DNA of 64,000 nt. Origin: a virus (lineage: Duplodnaviria; Caudoviricetes). The notes beneath the pieces are model-generated. The model saw only the letters and a program-made list of their open reading frames with translations, was not told the origin of the DNA and searched no databases. The stretch is from IMG/VR virus record IMGVR_UViG_3300022589_000019, positions 5,169 to 69,168 of that record; one strand, 5' to 3'. The position numbers were made by a program, and so were the translations under genes. This document shows, in pieces, positions 37,879 to 46,646 of the stretch (positions are counted from its first letter, which is position 1; every line of letters starts with the position of its first letter).

Positions 37879-37911
37879 AAAAAAGCAATCCTATCGTCAC
37901 GACAGGATTGC
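37879..37911 (-). terminator. Riboswitch intrinsic terminator
   Basis: 12-bp stem gcaatcctgtcg-tga-cgataggattgc followed by U6 on the minus strand. Confidence 0.9.
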
Positions 37912-37925
37912 AGAGTATCTCATAT

Positions 37926-38012
37926 AACCCTATCGTTCAAGCTTTGGCACCTTACCTTTCGGCAGGTTGTCGGCGGTCACAGGGCTTGTCCCTCACGCAC
38001 TCTTTATAGGTT
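37926..38012 (-). ncRNA. SAM-I (S-box) riboswitch aptamer, P4-less variant
   Basis: AACCUAU-A-AAGAG-UGCG-UGAGGGACAAGCCC-UGUGA-CCGC-CGACAACC-UGCC-GAAA-GGUA-AGGUGCC-AAAG-CUUG-AAC-GAUAGGGUU; compensatory pseudoknot CAAG/CUUG. Confidence 0.88.
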
Positions 38013-38018
38013 GCATAT

Positions 38019-38047
38019 AGGATAGCACAAAAATCTCGATTTGTCAA
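38019..38047 (-). promoter_or_regulatory. Sigma-A promoter driving the riboswitch
   Basis: TTGACA (38042-38047), 17 bp spacer, TGc-TATCCT (38019-38024); predicted start at the first aptamer bases. Confidence 0.85.
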
Positions 38048-38183
38048 TGAGACGTGTACATTACACAAATAAAACTACAGAATAAGGCTACATATTCTAC
38101 ACCGAATAATGTGCGAATTAACTGGATATATCTCGTACTTGACGGTAATATGTGACTACCAAAAAACAAAGGAGGTCATAGTA

Positions 38184-38975
38184 ATGACAATCAAGTACAA
38201 TGTTCCCGGCAAGGAACGCAAACGAATGGTTCTCACCATTGCAAAGTGGCTCGGTGAAGAGGTCAAATACCTGGGTGCTCCCAGCTTTGCCTACGAGGTG
38301 GATTACTTCACCATCGACAAGGACGGCAACCTTATTTTTGACGACCGCGCTGACAGCGAGGTTATCGAGAGGTTGCTTGAGCACCTTTACGATGAAGGCT
38401 TTGAGAGTGACATGAGTGCCGATGAGCCAAAGGGCATCGCAATCCAAATCCCAATGGCTGACTTTACCGTAGCATCCCTTCAAAACCTTTTTGACCTGGT
38501 CGAATCCAAAGGCAATCTTATAAAGAAAGCCTTGGGAGTAGACGATCTTCCTATTAATCTCATCGGTGAGCGTTTAGATTTCCCTTGGTTCAAGGCGGAC
38601 AGCACTCCCGATGAAATCAAAACCTATATGGAGTTTGTTACAGCGTTATGCAATATGGCAAAGAATCAAAGGCGGATAAACGCAAAAGAGAAAGAAGTCG
38701 AAAACGAGAAATACGCATTCCGATGCTTTCTCCTTCGTCTCGGCTTTATCGGCAACGAATACAAATTGCAAAGAAAAATCCTCCTGCGAAACCTCGAAGG
38801 TTCTTCCGCTTTCAAGGGTAGCACACCAAAGACCTACAAGGTAGAACTCGATAACGATAACTTTAAGATTTTCACAGCAGAGAACGACCGCAAGGCACAT
38901 GAGATGGCACTTGCCATTGCAAAAGACCACGGCAGCGAATTCTGCGAAGTTTCAGAATACAAGGAGGAAGCATAA
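38184..38975 (+). CDS. Phage 'virulence-related'-type hypothetical protein
   Basis: YLGAPSFAYEVDYFTIDKDG, NEKYAFRCFLLRLGFIG...RKILLRNLEGSSAFK; start reassigned to 38184. Confidence 0.75.
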   Translation: MTIKYNVPGKERKRMVLTIAKWLGEEVKYLGAPSFAYEVDYFTIDKDGNLIFDDRADSEVIERLLEHLYDEGFESDMSADEPKGIAIQIPMADFTVASLQNLFDLVESKGNLIKKALGVDDLPINLIGERLDFPWFKADSTPDEIKTYMEFVTALCNMAKNQRRINAKEKEVENEKYAFRCFLLRLGFIGNEYKLQRKILLRNLEGSSAFKGSTPKTYKVELDNDNFKIFTAENDRKAHEMALAIAKDHGSEFCEVSEYKEEA

Positions 38976-39205
38976 TGTTTGGTATAAGCAAAGGAACACT
39001 CGAAATGCTCAAGGAGCGTTACCCTAAAGGCTGTCGTGTTGAGTTGGTTCATATGAATGATCCCTTCAACACAAAACTCGTCCCTGGCTGCAAAGGCACT
39101 GTAACAAGTGTCGATGACATTGGCACGATCCACGTGCAGTGGGATTGCGGTTCATCACTCGGCATTGCCTACGGTGAGGATGTATGCAGAAAGGTGGACG
39201 ATTAA
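38975..39205 (+). CDS. DUF4314-like protein
   Basis: YPKGCRVELVHMND...GTVTSVDDIGTIHVQWDCGSSL. Confidence 0.85.
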   Translation: MFGISKGTLEMLKERYPKGCRVELVHMNDPFNTKLVPGCKGTVTSVDDIGTIHVQWDCGSSLGIAYGEDVCRKVDD

Positions 39206-39206
39206 G

Positions 39207-39383
39207 ATGGATGATAAAGTTCGTGAGCAGATCCTCGCAGTACGAGACACGGGACTTACCAATATGTTTAATGTTAATACCGTTCAACGTATTGCCTTTG
39301 AAGCCGGATACTACGAACTGGTAAACTACCTGGAAGACCACCGTAAAGAGTATGTGCATTTCATTATGACGGGCGAAGCGTAA
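39207..39383 (+). CDS. DUF5049-like protein
   Basis: EQILAVRDTGLTNMF...YVHFIMTG; start reassigned. Confidence 0.8.
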   Translation: MDDKVREQILAVRDTGLTNMFNVNTVQRIAFEAGYYELVNYLEDHRKEYVHFIMTGEA

Positions 39384-39396
39384 AGGTGGTGTGCTT

Positions 39397-39624
39397 ATGT
39401 GGAAAGAAGGCAGTTTAAAGGTTTACAACAGCATTTTTCATTACTGGATTAAGGTTTACCCCGTGGGAAGCAAGTTCGGTATTGAGGGCGGCAAAATATC
39501 AAAGCTGATGCTCAAGCGCGATGGCAAGGTCGTATGTAACTACGACAGAGGTTGGGACATCAAACCCGTTGACAATGATACGCAAATGGCATACGAGATT
39601 TTGGTTCACACCGAAAACTACTAA
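39397..39624 (+). CDS. Small conserved phage protein
   Basis: MWKEG...KFGIEGGKISKL...YDRGWD. Confidence 0.75.
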   Translation: MWKEGSLKVYNSIFHYWIKVYPVGSKFGIEGGKISKLMLKRDGKVVCNYDRGWDIKPVDNDTQMAYEILVHTENY

Positions 39625-39669
39625 ACTCAATAATCCCTTGGGATAGAGCCGAGAGGCTCTGTTCCTCGT

Positions 39670-39693
39670 TACAGCCGATTGGCTGTATTTTTT
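39670..39693 (+). terminator. Intrinsic terminator upstream of terL
   Basis: tacagcc-gatt-ggctgta plus T-tract; preceded by GAGA-tetraloop hairpin 39640-39665. Confidence 0.7.
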
Positions 39694-39720
39694 ATACCCT
39701 TTTTAAGGAGGTGACCGTAT

Positions 39721-41322
39721 ATCAGAAAGTTAAAAAATTACAAGCCTACGAGGTTTATGGCAAAGGATTCTTACTACGATAAGGCTTCCGCTGACTATGC
39801 GGTCAACTTTATCGAGTGCCTTTGTCACACGAAGGGTATATGGGCAAGAAAACCTTTTGAACTTATAGACTGGCAAGAACAGATCATCCGTGATGTGTTC
39901 GGCATTCTAAAACCAAACGGATATAGACAGTTTAATTCTGTGTATGTAGAAATACCCAAAAAGCAAGGCAAGTCAGAACTTGCGGCAGCGGTCGCATTAT
40001 TCCTAACTTGCGGTGATGGAGAGGAACGTGCCGAGGTATACGGCTGTGCTTCTGACAGACAGCAAGCATCCATTGTTTTTAATGTTGCTGCTGATATGGT
40101 TCGCATGTGTCCGGCACTCGCCAAACGAGTAAAAATCCTCGACTCACAGAAACGATTGATTTACCTTCCTACGAACAGTGTGTATCAAGTGCTTTCTGCG
40201 GATGTCAATAACAAGCACGGTTTTAACACTCACGGGGTTGTCTTTGATGAACTGCATACACAGCCAAACCGCAATTTACACGATGTAATGAATATCGGCT
40301 CAGGTGACTCAAGAATGCAGCCGGTGTTCTGGGATATAACAACCGCTGGAACAAATACAAATTCTATCTGCTACGAAATTCATCAAAAGGCGGTTGATAT
40401 TATCGAAGGAAGAAAAATAGACCCTACTTTTTATCCTGTGATTTACGGTGCTGATGAAGATGATGATTGGACAGACCCAAAGGTGTGGGCAAAGGCAAAT
40501 CCTTCTCTTGGGGTTACAGTGGATATCGAAAAGGTTCGTGCAGCCTGCGAATCAGCAAAGCAAAACCCCGGTGAAGAAAACTCCTTCCGTCAGCTTCGTT
40601 TAAATCAATGGGTTAAACAAACGGTGCGTTGGATGCCAATGGATAAATGGGATAAATGTGCGTTTGTTGTTAACGAGGACGAATTGGAAGGCCGTGTCTG
40701 TTACGGTGGTCTTGACCTTTCATCCACAACGGATATCACGGCATTGGTATTGGTATTTCCACCTACCGATGAGGACGACAAATATGTTGTCCTACCGTAC
40801 TTTTGGATACCCGAGGATAACATTGACCTTCGTGTAAAGCGAGACCACGTCCCATATGACGTTTGGGAGCGGCAAGGCTTTATGCAAACCACCGAGGGTA
40901 ATGTTGTCCACTACGGCTATATCGAGAAGTTTATTGAACGGCTCGGTGAGCGTTTCAATATTCGTGAGATTGCATTCGACCGTTGGGGTGCTGTCCAGAT
41001 GGTACAGAACCTTGAAGGTATGGGTTTCACGGTCGTTCCTTTCGGACAGGGTTTCAAAGATATGTCCCCGCCTACGAAGGAGTTAATGAAACTGGTGCTC
41101 GAAGAGAAGATTGCCCACGGTGGACACCCCGTCCTTCGTTGGATGATGGACAACATCTTCATTCGCACCGACCCTGCCGGTAACATCAAACCGGATAAGG
41201 AAAAATCCACAGAGAAAATTGACGGTGCGGTTGCCACCATTATGGCTCTCGACCGTGCGATTCGCTGTGGCAACGATACTACTGCTTCGGTATATAACGA
41301 CCGAGGCATTTTGTTTATCTGA
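39721..41322 (+). CDS. terL: Terminase large subunit (probable ATC start; first ATG at 39757)
   Basis: EIPKKQGKS, VVFDELH, ITTAG, IAFDRW, KIDGAVA; AAGGAGGTG RBS lies 7 nt before the in-frame ATC. Confidence 0.93.
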   Translation: MRKLKNYKPTRFMAKDSYYDKASADYAVNFIECLCHTKGIWARKPFELIDWQEQIIRDVFGILKPNGYRQFNSVYVEIPKKQGKSELAAAVALFLTCGDGEERAEVYGCASDRQQASIVFNVAADMVRMCPALAKRVKILDSQKRLIYLPTNSVYQVLSADVNNKHGFNTHGVVFDELHTQPNRNLHDVMNIGSGDSRMQPVFWDITTAGTNTNSICYEIHQKAVDIIEGRKIDPTFYPVIYGADEDDDWTDPKVWAKANPSLGVTVDIEKVRAACESAKQNPGEENSFRQLRLNQWVKQTVRWMPMDKWDKCAFVVNEDELEGRVCYGGLDLSSTTDITALVLVFPPTDEDDKYVVLPYFWIPEDNIDLRVKRDHVPYDVWERQGFMQTTEGNVVHYGYIEKFIERLGERFNIREIAFDRWGAVQMVQNLEGMGFTVVPFGQGFKDMSPPTKELMKLVLEEKIAHGGHPVLRWMMDNIFIRTDPAGNIKPDKEKSTEKIDGAVATIMALDRAIRCGNDTTASVYNDRGILFI

Positions 41323-41336
41323 AAGGAGTGACTAAA

Positions 41337-42677
41337 ATGGGTATTTTTTCAGGATTGTTCCGATCCAGAGATAAGCCTCAAAACAGAACAGCCGGTAGTT
41401 CCTACGCCTTCTTTATGGGAGGTTCAACCTCCGGCAAACCCGTAAATGAACGCTCGGCTATGCAAATGACCGCCGTTTATTCCTGCGTGAGAATCCTTGC
41501 AGAGGCGGTAGCCGGACTTCCACTCCACCTTTACAGATATACCGAAACCGGTGGTAAAGAAAAGGCTGTTGATCATCCGCTTTACCTTCTGCTTCACGAT
41601 GAACCGAACCCAGAGATGAGTTCATTCGTGTTCCGCGAAACCTTAATGACGCATCTGCTTCTTTGGGGTAACGCCTACGCACAAATCATCCGTAATGGCA
41701 AAGGTGAAGTCGTGGCTCTTTATCCGCTGATGCCGAATAAGATGACCGTTGACCGTGATGAAAACGGACAGCTCTACTACACATATCAGCGTTCAAACGA
41801 GGAAGCACACACGATGGAGGGTTCGTCCGTAAAGCTCAAGCCTTCGGATGTCCTTCATATCCCCGGTCTTGGATTTGATGGTTTGGTCGGTTACAGTCCC
41901 ATTGCAATGGCAAAGAACGCTATCGGTATGGCAATAGCCTGCGAGGAGTTCGGTGCCAAGTTCTTTGCAAACGGTGCAGCACCTTCGGGTGTCCTGGAAC
42001 ATCCCGGCACAATTAAAGACCCAAGCAGAGTGCGTGAGGCTTGGCAAAGCCAGTTCGGTGGCGCTTCCAATTCCGGAAAGGTTGCGGTTTTGGAAGAAGG
42101 AATGAAGTACACACCGATTTCCATCTCTCCTGAACAGGCACAGTTCCTTGAAACACGCAAATTCCAAATCAATGAAATTGCTCGAATTTTCAGAGTCCCT
42201 CCGCATATGGTGGGCGACCTTGAAAAATCGAGCTTTTCTAATATTGAGCAGCAGTCCCTTGAGTTTGTGAAATACACCCTCGACCCCTGGATTATCCGTT
42301 GGGAGCAATCGATGATGAGAGTTTTGCTCTCTTTCGATGAAAAGAAGGAGTATTACATCAAGTTCAATTTGGAAGGTCTGCTCAGAGGTGACTATCAAAG
42401 CCGAATGAACGGCTATTCGATTGCAAGGCAGAACGGCTGGATGAGTGCAAACGACATCCGTGAGCTTGAAAACCTTGATCGAATCCCGACTGAACAAGGC
42501 GGAGATTTGTACCTCATCAATGGCAGTATGCTCCCGCTCGGTAGTGCGGGTGCTTATGCAGATATTAATCCTACAGAAACGGAGGTAACGGAAACCGATG
42601 AAGAACCCCACAGCGAAGAAGTTCTGGGCGTGGAAAAACCTGGCGGACGAAGGTCAACCCGAAGAACGAGTTCTTGA
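41337..42677 (+). CDS. Phage portal protein, HK97 family
   Basis: AVYSCVRILAEAVA, LLWGNAYA, VLHIPG...GYSPI, EIARIFRVPPHMVG. Confidence 0.95.
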   Translation: MGIFSGLFRSRDKPQNRTAGSSYAFFMGGSTSGKPVNERSAMQMTAVYSCVRILAEAVAGLPLHLYRYTETGGKEKAVDHPLYLLLHDEPNPEMSSFVFRETLMTHLLLWGNAYAQIIRNGKGEVVALYPLMPNKMTVDRDENGQLYYTYQRSNEEAHTMEGSSVKLKPSDVLHIPGLGFDGLVGYSPIAMAKNAIGMAIACEEFGAKFFANGAAPSGVLEHPGTIKDPSRVREAWQSQFGGASNSGKVAVLEEGMKYTPISISPEQAQFLETRKFQINEIARIFRVPPHMVGDLEKSSFSNIEQQSLEFVKYTLDPWIIRWEQSMMRVLLSFDEKKEYYIKFNLEGLLRGDYQSRMNGYSIARQNGWMSANDIRELENLDRIPTEQGGDLYLINGSMLPLGSAGAYADINPTETEVTETDEEPHSEEVLGVEKPGGRRSTRRTSS

Positions 42678-43365
42678 GCTGTACGGCACCATTGCTGAAG
42701 AGAGTTGGTTCGATGATGACATCACTCCCAGGATGTTCAAAGACGAACTGAACGCAGGCAGCGGTGATATTACAGTTTGGATCAACTCGCCCGGCGGAGA
42801 TTGCGTAGCCGCAAGCCAGATTTACTCTATGCTTATGGACTACAAAGGCAATGTCACGGTCAAGATTGACGGCATCGCAGCATCGGCGGCTTCTGTCATT
42901 GCGATGGCAGGAACCAAGGTGCTTATGGCACCTACCGCCCTTATGATGATTCACAATCCTATGACAGCGGCATTCGGTGACCATGAAGATATGCAGAAGG
43001 CCATCGAAATGCTGAATGAAGTCAAGGAAAGCATCATCAACGCATACGAAATCCGCACCAATCTCTCCCGTGCAAAGCTGTCTCATCTTATGAGCAGCGA
43101 AACCTGGATGAATGCAAAAAAGGCTATTGAACTCGGCTTTGCTGACGAGATCCTCACCGATGAAAAAACGGTGGCGGATGTGCCTGCATTTGCATTTTCC
43201 AGCAAAGCGGTGGAAATGGCACTCATCAATAAAATCACCGCAAAAGCAAAACCCGTGGTCAAGGATGAACCCAAGGCAGAGCCAAAGGAAGAACCCCAGA
43301 CCGAACCCACCCACGGTAGATCCGTCAGCGAACTGATGGAACGCCTCAACCTTATGAAATATTAA
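42598..43365 (+). CDS. ClpP-type head maturation protease
   Basis: WINSPGG, DGIAASAASVIAMAG, MMIHNP, ETWMNAKKAIELGFAD. Confidence 0.95.
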   Translation: MKNPTAKKFWAWKNLADEGQPEERVLELYGTIAEESWFDDDITPRMFKDELNAGSGDITVWINSPGGDCVAASQIYSMLMDYKGNVTVKIDGIAASAASVIAMAGTKVLMAPTALMMIHNPMTAAFGDHEDMQKAIEMLNEVKESIINAYEIRTNLSRAKLSHLMSSETWMNAKKAIELGFADEILTDEKTVADVPAFAFSSKAVEMALINKITAKAKPVVKDEPKAEPKEEPQTEPTHGRSVSELMERLNLMKY

Positions 43366-43380
43366 AAGGAGGATATCGCA

Positions 43381-44592
43381 ATGACGATTATCGCAATGCG
43401 TGCAAAACGCGCCAAGGCTATTGAAGCCGCAAAAGCTTTTTTAGAGTCTCACAGAGACGCTAATGGTTTCCTTTCTACTGAGGACGATGCTATCTACACC
43501 GGTATGGAAAACGATATCGGCAAGATGGGTGTTGAAATCGCCCGTATGGAAAGAATGGAAGCTATGGATGCAGAACTTGCAAAGCCTGTATCTGTTCCTA
43601 TCACTGAAAAACCCACAACCGCAAAGGTTGACACCAAAACCGGTACTGCATCCGACAGCTACAAGGAAGCCTTCTGGAATGCAACTCGCACCAAGAACGG
43701 CGTTTCCTATGAAGTTCGCAATGCTCTCCAGGAAGGTGTCGACAGTGAGGGCGGTTATCTCGTTCCCGACGAGTTCGAGAACACTCTCGTTCAGGCACTC
43801 CACGAGGAGCACATCTTCCGTGGCCACGCTCACGTCTTCCAGACCGAAGCCGGCAGCCGTAAGATTCCGGTTGTAACTACCAAGGGTACTGCATCCTGGA
43901 TTGACGAGGAAGGCACTATCCCCGAGGGCGATGATATCTTTGGTCAGCAGACCATCGATGCGCACAAGGTCGGCACTATCATCAAGGTTTCTGACGAGTT
44001 GCTCAACGACTCCGCCTTTGACCTTGAGAGTTATTTCGCTTCTGAATTTGCTCGCCGCATCGGTGACAAAGAAGAGGATGCTTTCTTCAACGGCAACGGT
44101 GAGAAGAAGCCTCTCGGTATTCTTGCTGATAAGGGCGGCGCTGAAGTTGGTGTTACCGCAGCCTCCGGTACTGCTATCACCGCTGATGAGATTATCAATC
44201 TCTTCTACAGCGTAAAGGCTCCTTACCGCAGAAAGGCCATCTGGATTTTCAACGATGACACTATGGCTGCCATCCGCAAGCTCAAGGGTAACGATGGTCA
44301 GTACCTCTGGCAGAAGGCTCTCCAGGAAGGCGGTCACGAGACTCTGCTCGGCAGACCCATCTTTACTTCTCCTTTCGTTCCTACCATCGCAGCCGGCAAC
44401 AAGGTAGCCGTGTTCGGTGACCTCCACTTCTACTGGATCGGTGACCGCCAGGGCATCACCTTCAAGCGCCTCAATGAGCGTTATGCTGATTCCGGTCAGG
44501 TTGGCTTCCTTGCCACCAAGCGTCTCGATGGTAAGCTCATTCTCCCTGAAGCCGTTAAGGTTCTTCAGATGAAGGGCACCGCTACTGCGTAA
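43381..44592 (+). CDS. Major capsid protein, HK97 fold
   Basis: N-terminal scaffold region, EGGYLVP, GNGEKKPLGI, GRPIFTS. Confidence 0.95.
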   Translation: MTIIAMRAKRAKAIEAAKAFLESHRDANGFLSTEDDAIYTGMENDIGKMGVEIARMERMEAMDAELAKPVSVPITEKPTTAKVDTKTGTASDSYKEAFWNATRTKNGVSYEVRNALQEGVDSEGGYLVPDEFENTLVQALHEEHIFRGHAHVFQTEAGSRKIPVVTTKGTASWIDEEGTIPEGDDIFGQQTIDAHKVGTIIKVSDELLNDSAFDLESYFASEFARRIGDKEEDAFFNGNGEKKPLGILADKGGAEVGVTAASGTAITADEIINLFYSVKAPYRRKAIWIFNDDTMAAIRKLKGNDGQYLWQKALQEGGHETLLGRPIFTSPFVPTIAAGNKVAVFGDLHFYWIGDRQGITFKRLNERYADSGQVGFLATKRLDGKLILPEAVKVLQMKGTATA

Positions 44593-44612
44593 CCGAAAGG
44601 CGGTGATGTAGA

Positions 44613-44924
44613 ATGGCAAATCTGCTCCAAAGAGTAAAGGACAACTTAATTCTCACGCATAGCGTGGATGACGGTCTGCTCGAAGGCTACATCACCGCCG
44701 CCACCGCTTATGCGGAGAGTTATCAGCACATCCCGGAAGGACATTATAAAGACCACCCGATGCCGCCCACAACCGAACAGGCAGTAATAATGCTGACATC
44801 TCATTTTTATGAGTCGAGGGACGGTAGCACGGGTGGTTTCTTCCAGGATAATCCGCAAGCCGCACAGCAAGTATGGAACACGGTCAATCTCCTCTTAAGG
44901 CTTGACCGAGATTGGAAGGTGTAA
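44613..44924 (+). CDS. Head-tail connector (gp6-like)
   Basis: VKDNL...DDGLL..YI.AA...QAVIML.SHFYE.R. Confidence 0.88.
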   Translation: MANLLQRVKDNLILTHSVDDGLLEGYITAATAYAESYQHIPEGHYKDHPMPPTTEQAVIMLTSHFYESRDGSTGGFFQDNPQAAQQVWNTVNLLLRLDRDWKV

Positions 44925-44926
44925 GT

Positions 44927-45268
44927 ATGAGCTTTGGCAAAATGAACACCTTCATCGAGATTGTATCCGTTGTAAAGGAAAAAGACAGCGAGGGTTTTGT
45001 GGTGAACTCCGAAAAAGTCCTTGCTTCTGTGCGCGCGTACAGAGAGGGTCGGCACGGCTCACAACGTTGGGCAAATCTTGCCGCCTTCTCCGAAGCCACA
45101 GACCTTTTCCGCTTTCGTAGCATTCCCGGCATTGACGTTACTACCGACCACATCCTTGTTTGCGAGGATGGCAGGTTCGACATCACTTCTGCCGAAGACG
45201 TCAAAAGCCGTGGAATGTACACGGAGGTGCTTGCAAAAAAGGTGGTGAGTTCCATTGGCAAAAGCTGA
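44927..45268 (+). CDS. Head closure / head-tail adaptor
   Basis: Position and MSFGKMN...FRFR..PG pattern. Confidence 0.82.
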   Translation: MSFGKMNTFIEIVSVVKEKDSEGFVVNSEKVLASVRAYREGRHGSQRWANLAAFSEATDLFRFRSIPGIDVTTDHILVCEDGRFDITSAEDVKSRGMYTEVLAKKVVSSIGKS

Positions 45269-45686
45269 AGTTAAGATGCCAGATGATTTCCTTGAAAAGC
45301 TCTCCCGCCTTGCCGACCGAACTGACGAGATTTCCGAGCGTGTTTTGGAAGCCGGTGGTGAGGTTGTCCTTTCCAAAGTAAAGAGCAACCTTTCATCCGT
45401 TATCGGCAAAGGAACACAGTTTGACTCTCGCAGCACCGGTGAGTTGGAACGCTCTCTGGGTCTTACCCCGGTGAAGCTCGACCGCAACGGCAATTACAAC
45501 ATCAAGATTGGCTTTTCCGAGCCTCGTTCAGATGGTGGAAGTAATGCAAAAATCGCAAACATTATCGAGTACGGTAGACACGGGCAACCTGCAAAGCCGT
45601 TCTTGAAACCTGCAAAATCCGCTACACAGACACCGTGCCAAGAGGCTATGAAGCGTAAGTTTCAGGAGGAGGTCGACAAATTATGA
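45255..45686 (+). CDS. HK97 gp10-family tail component
   Basis: STGELERSL, IEYG...QPAKPFLKPA. Confidence 0.88.
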   Translation: MAKAEVKMPDDFLEKLSRLADRTDEISERVLEAGGEVVLSKVKSNLSSVIGKGTQFDSRSTGELERSLGLTPVKLDRNGNYNIKIGFSEPRSDGGSNAKIANIIEYGRHGQPAKPFLKPAKSATQTPCQEAMKRKFQEEVDKL

Positions 45687-46024
45687 GTATTCTTGCAGAT
45701 ATGCAAAAGATCATCAAACCCCTGGGCATCCCCATTGAAACAGGTGTGTTCACGGATAAGGCACCCGACAAATACATCGTTGTTGTGCCTCTCACTGATA
45801 CCTTTGCCGTACACGCAGATAACCAACCCGAAATTGACGTGCAAGAAGCGCGTCTTTCCTTATACACCCAAGGCAGCTATACCAAGGAAAAGAACGCTCT
45901 TATTCGAGCCTTGCTTGCTGCCGACATTACCATAACCGGCAGACAGTATGTCGGTTATGAAACCGAGACCGGCTATCACCACTACAACGTGGATGTAGCT
46001 AACCACTATGAAATGGAGGAATGA
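45683..46024 (+). CDS. Tail terminator-like protein
   Basis: Position between gp10 and the major tail protein; YETETGYHH. Confidence 0.78.
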   Translation: MSILADMQKIIKPLGIPIETGVFTDKAPDKYIVVVPLTDTFAVHADNQPEIDVQEARLSLYTQGSYTKEKNALIRALLAADITITGRQYVGYETETGYHHYNVDVANHYEMEE

Positions 46025-46026
46025 AA

Positions 46027-46632
46027 ATGGCAACTATCGGTCTTGATAAACTCTACTATGCCAAAATCACCGAAGATGACCAGGGCAACGAAAGCTATGC
46101 TACTCCGGCACAGCTTGCCAAAGCTATGACCGCAGACCTTTCTGTCGAACTTGCCGAGGCAACTCTGTATGCCGATGACGGCGCTGCCGAAATCGTCAAG
46201 GAGTTCAAAAGCGGTACGCTGTCCCTTGGCGTTGATGACATTGGTGCAACGGTGGCGTCTGACCTTACCGGGTCTACCATCGATGCAAACGGTGTTGTAA
46301 TCGCCACTAACGCTGACGGTGGTTCTCCGGTAGCCATCGGCTTCCGTGCCAAGAAGTCCAACGGCAAGTATAAGTACTTCTGGCTGTACCGTGTAATCTT
46401 CGGTATTCCCGCATCCAGCCTCGCCACCAAGGGTGACAGCATCACCTTTAGCACACCTACTATCGAAGGTACTATTCTTTGCCGCAATAAGGCAGACAGT
46501 GCCGGCAAGCATCCCTGGAAGGCAGAAGCCACCGAAGGTGATGCTGCAATCGCAGCGGATGTAATCGCCAACTGGTATAAGCAGGTGTATGAACCGACAT
46601 ACAACTCTGCCACACCGGCAAAGGCTGAATAA
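46027..46632 (+). CDS. Major tail protein (phi13 family)
   Basis: IGLDKLYYA, LYADDG, WLYRVIF, TKGDSITFSTPTIEG. Confidence 0.92.
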   Translation: MATIGLDKLYYAKITEDDQGNESYATPAQLAKAMTADLSVELAEATLYADDGAAEIVKEFKSGTLSLGVDDIGATVASDLTGSTIDANGVVIATNADGGSPVAIGFRAKKSNGKYKYFWLYRVIFGIPASSLATKGDSITFSTPTIEGTILCRNKADSAGKHPWKAEATEGDAAIAADVIANWYKQVYEPTYNSATPAKAE

Positions 46633-46646
46633 GGAGGCTATGAAGT

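Noticed and set aside
37926-38012. Classification as SAM-I/IV because P4 is missing
   Set aside because: L3 is a GAAA tetraloop and I see no PK-2 pairing with sequence 3' of P1, so it is called a P4-less SAM-I; a covariance-model search should settle this
26058-41322. Inteins or introns in polA, primase or terL
   Set aside because: The proteins are of ordinary length with contiguous motifs and no splicing signatures
43441-44619. 392-aa minus-strand ORF, plus similar ones opposite polA, primase, portal and the MTases
   Set aside because: Antisense shadows of well-supported phage genes
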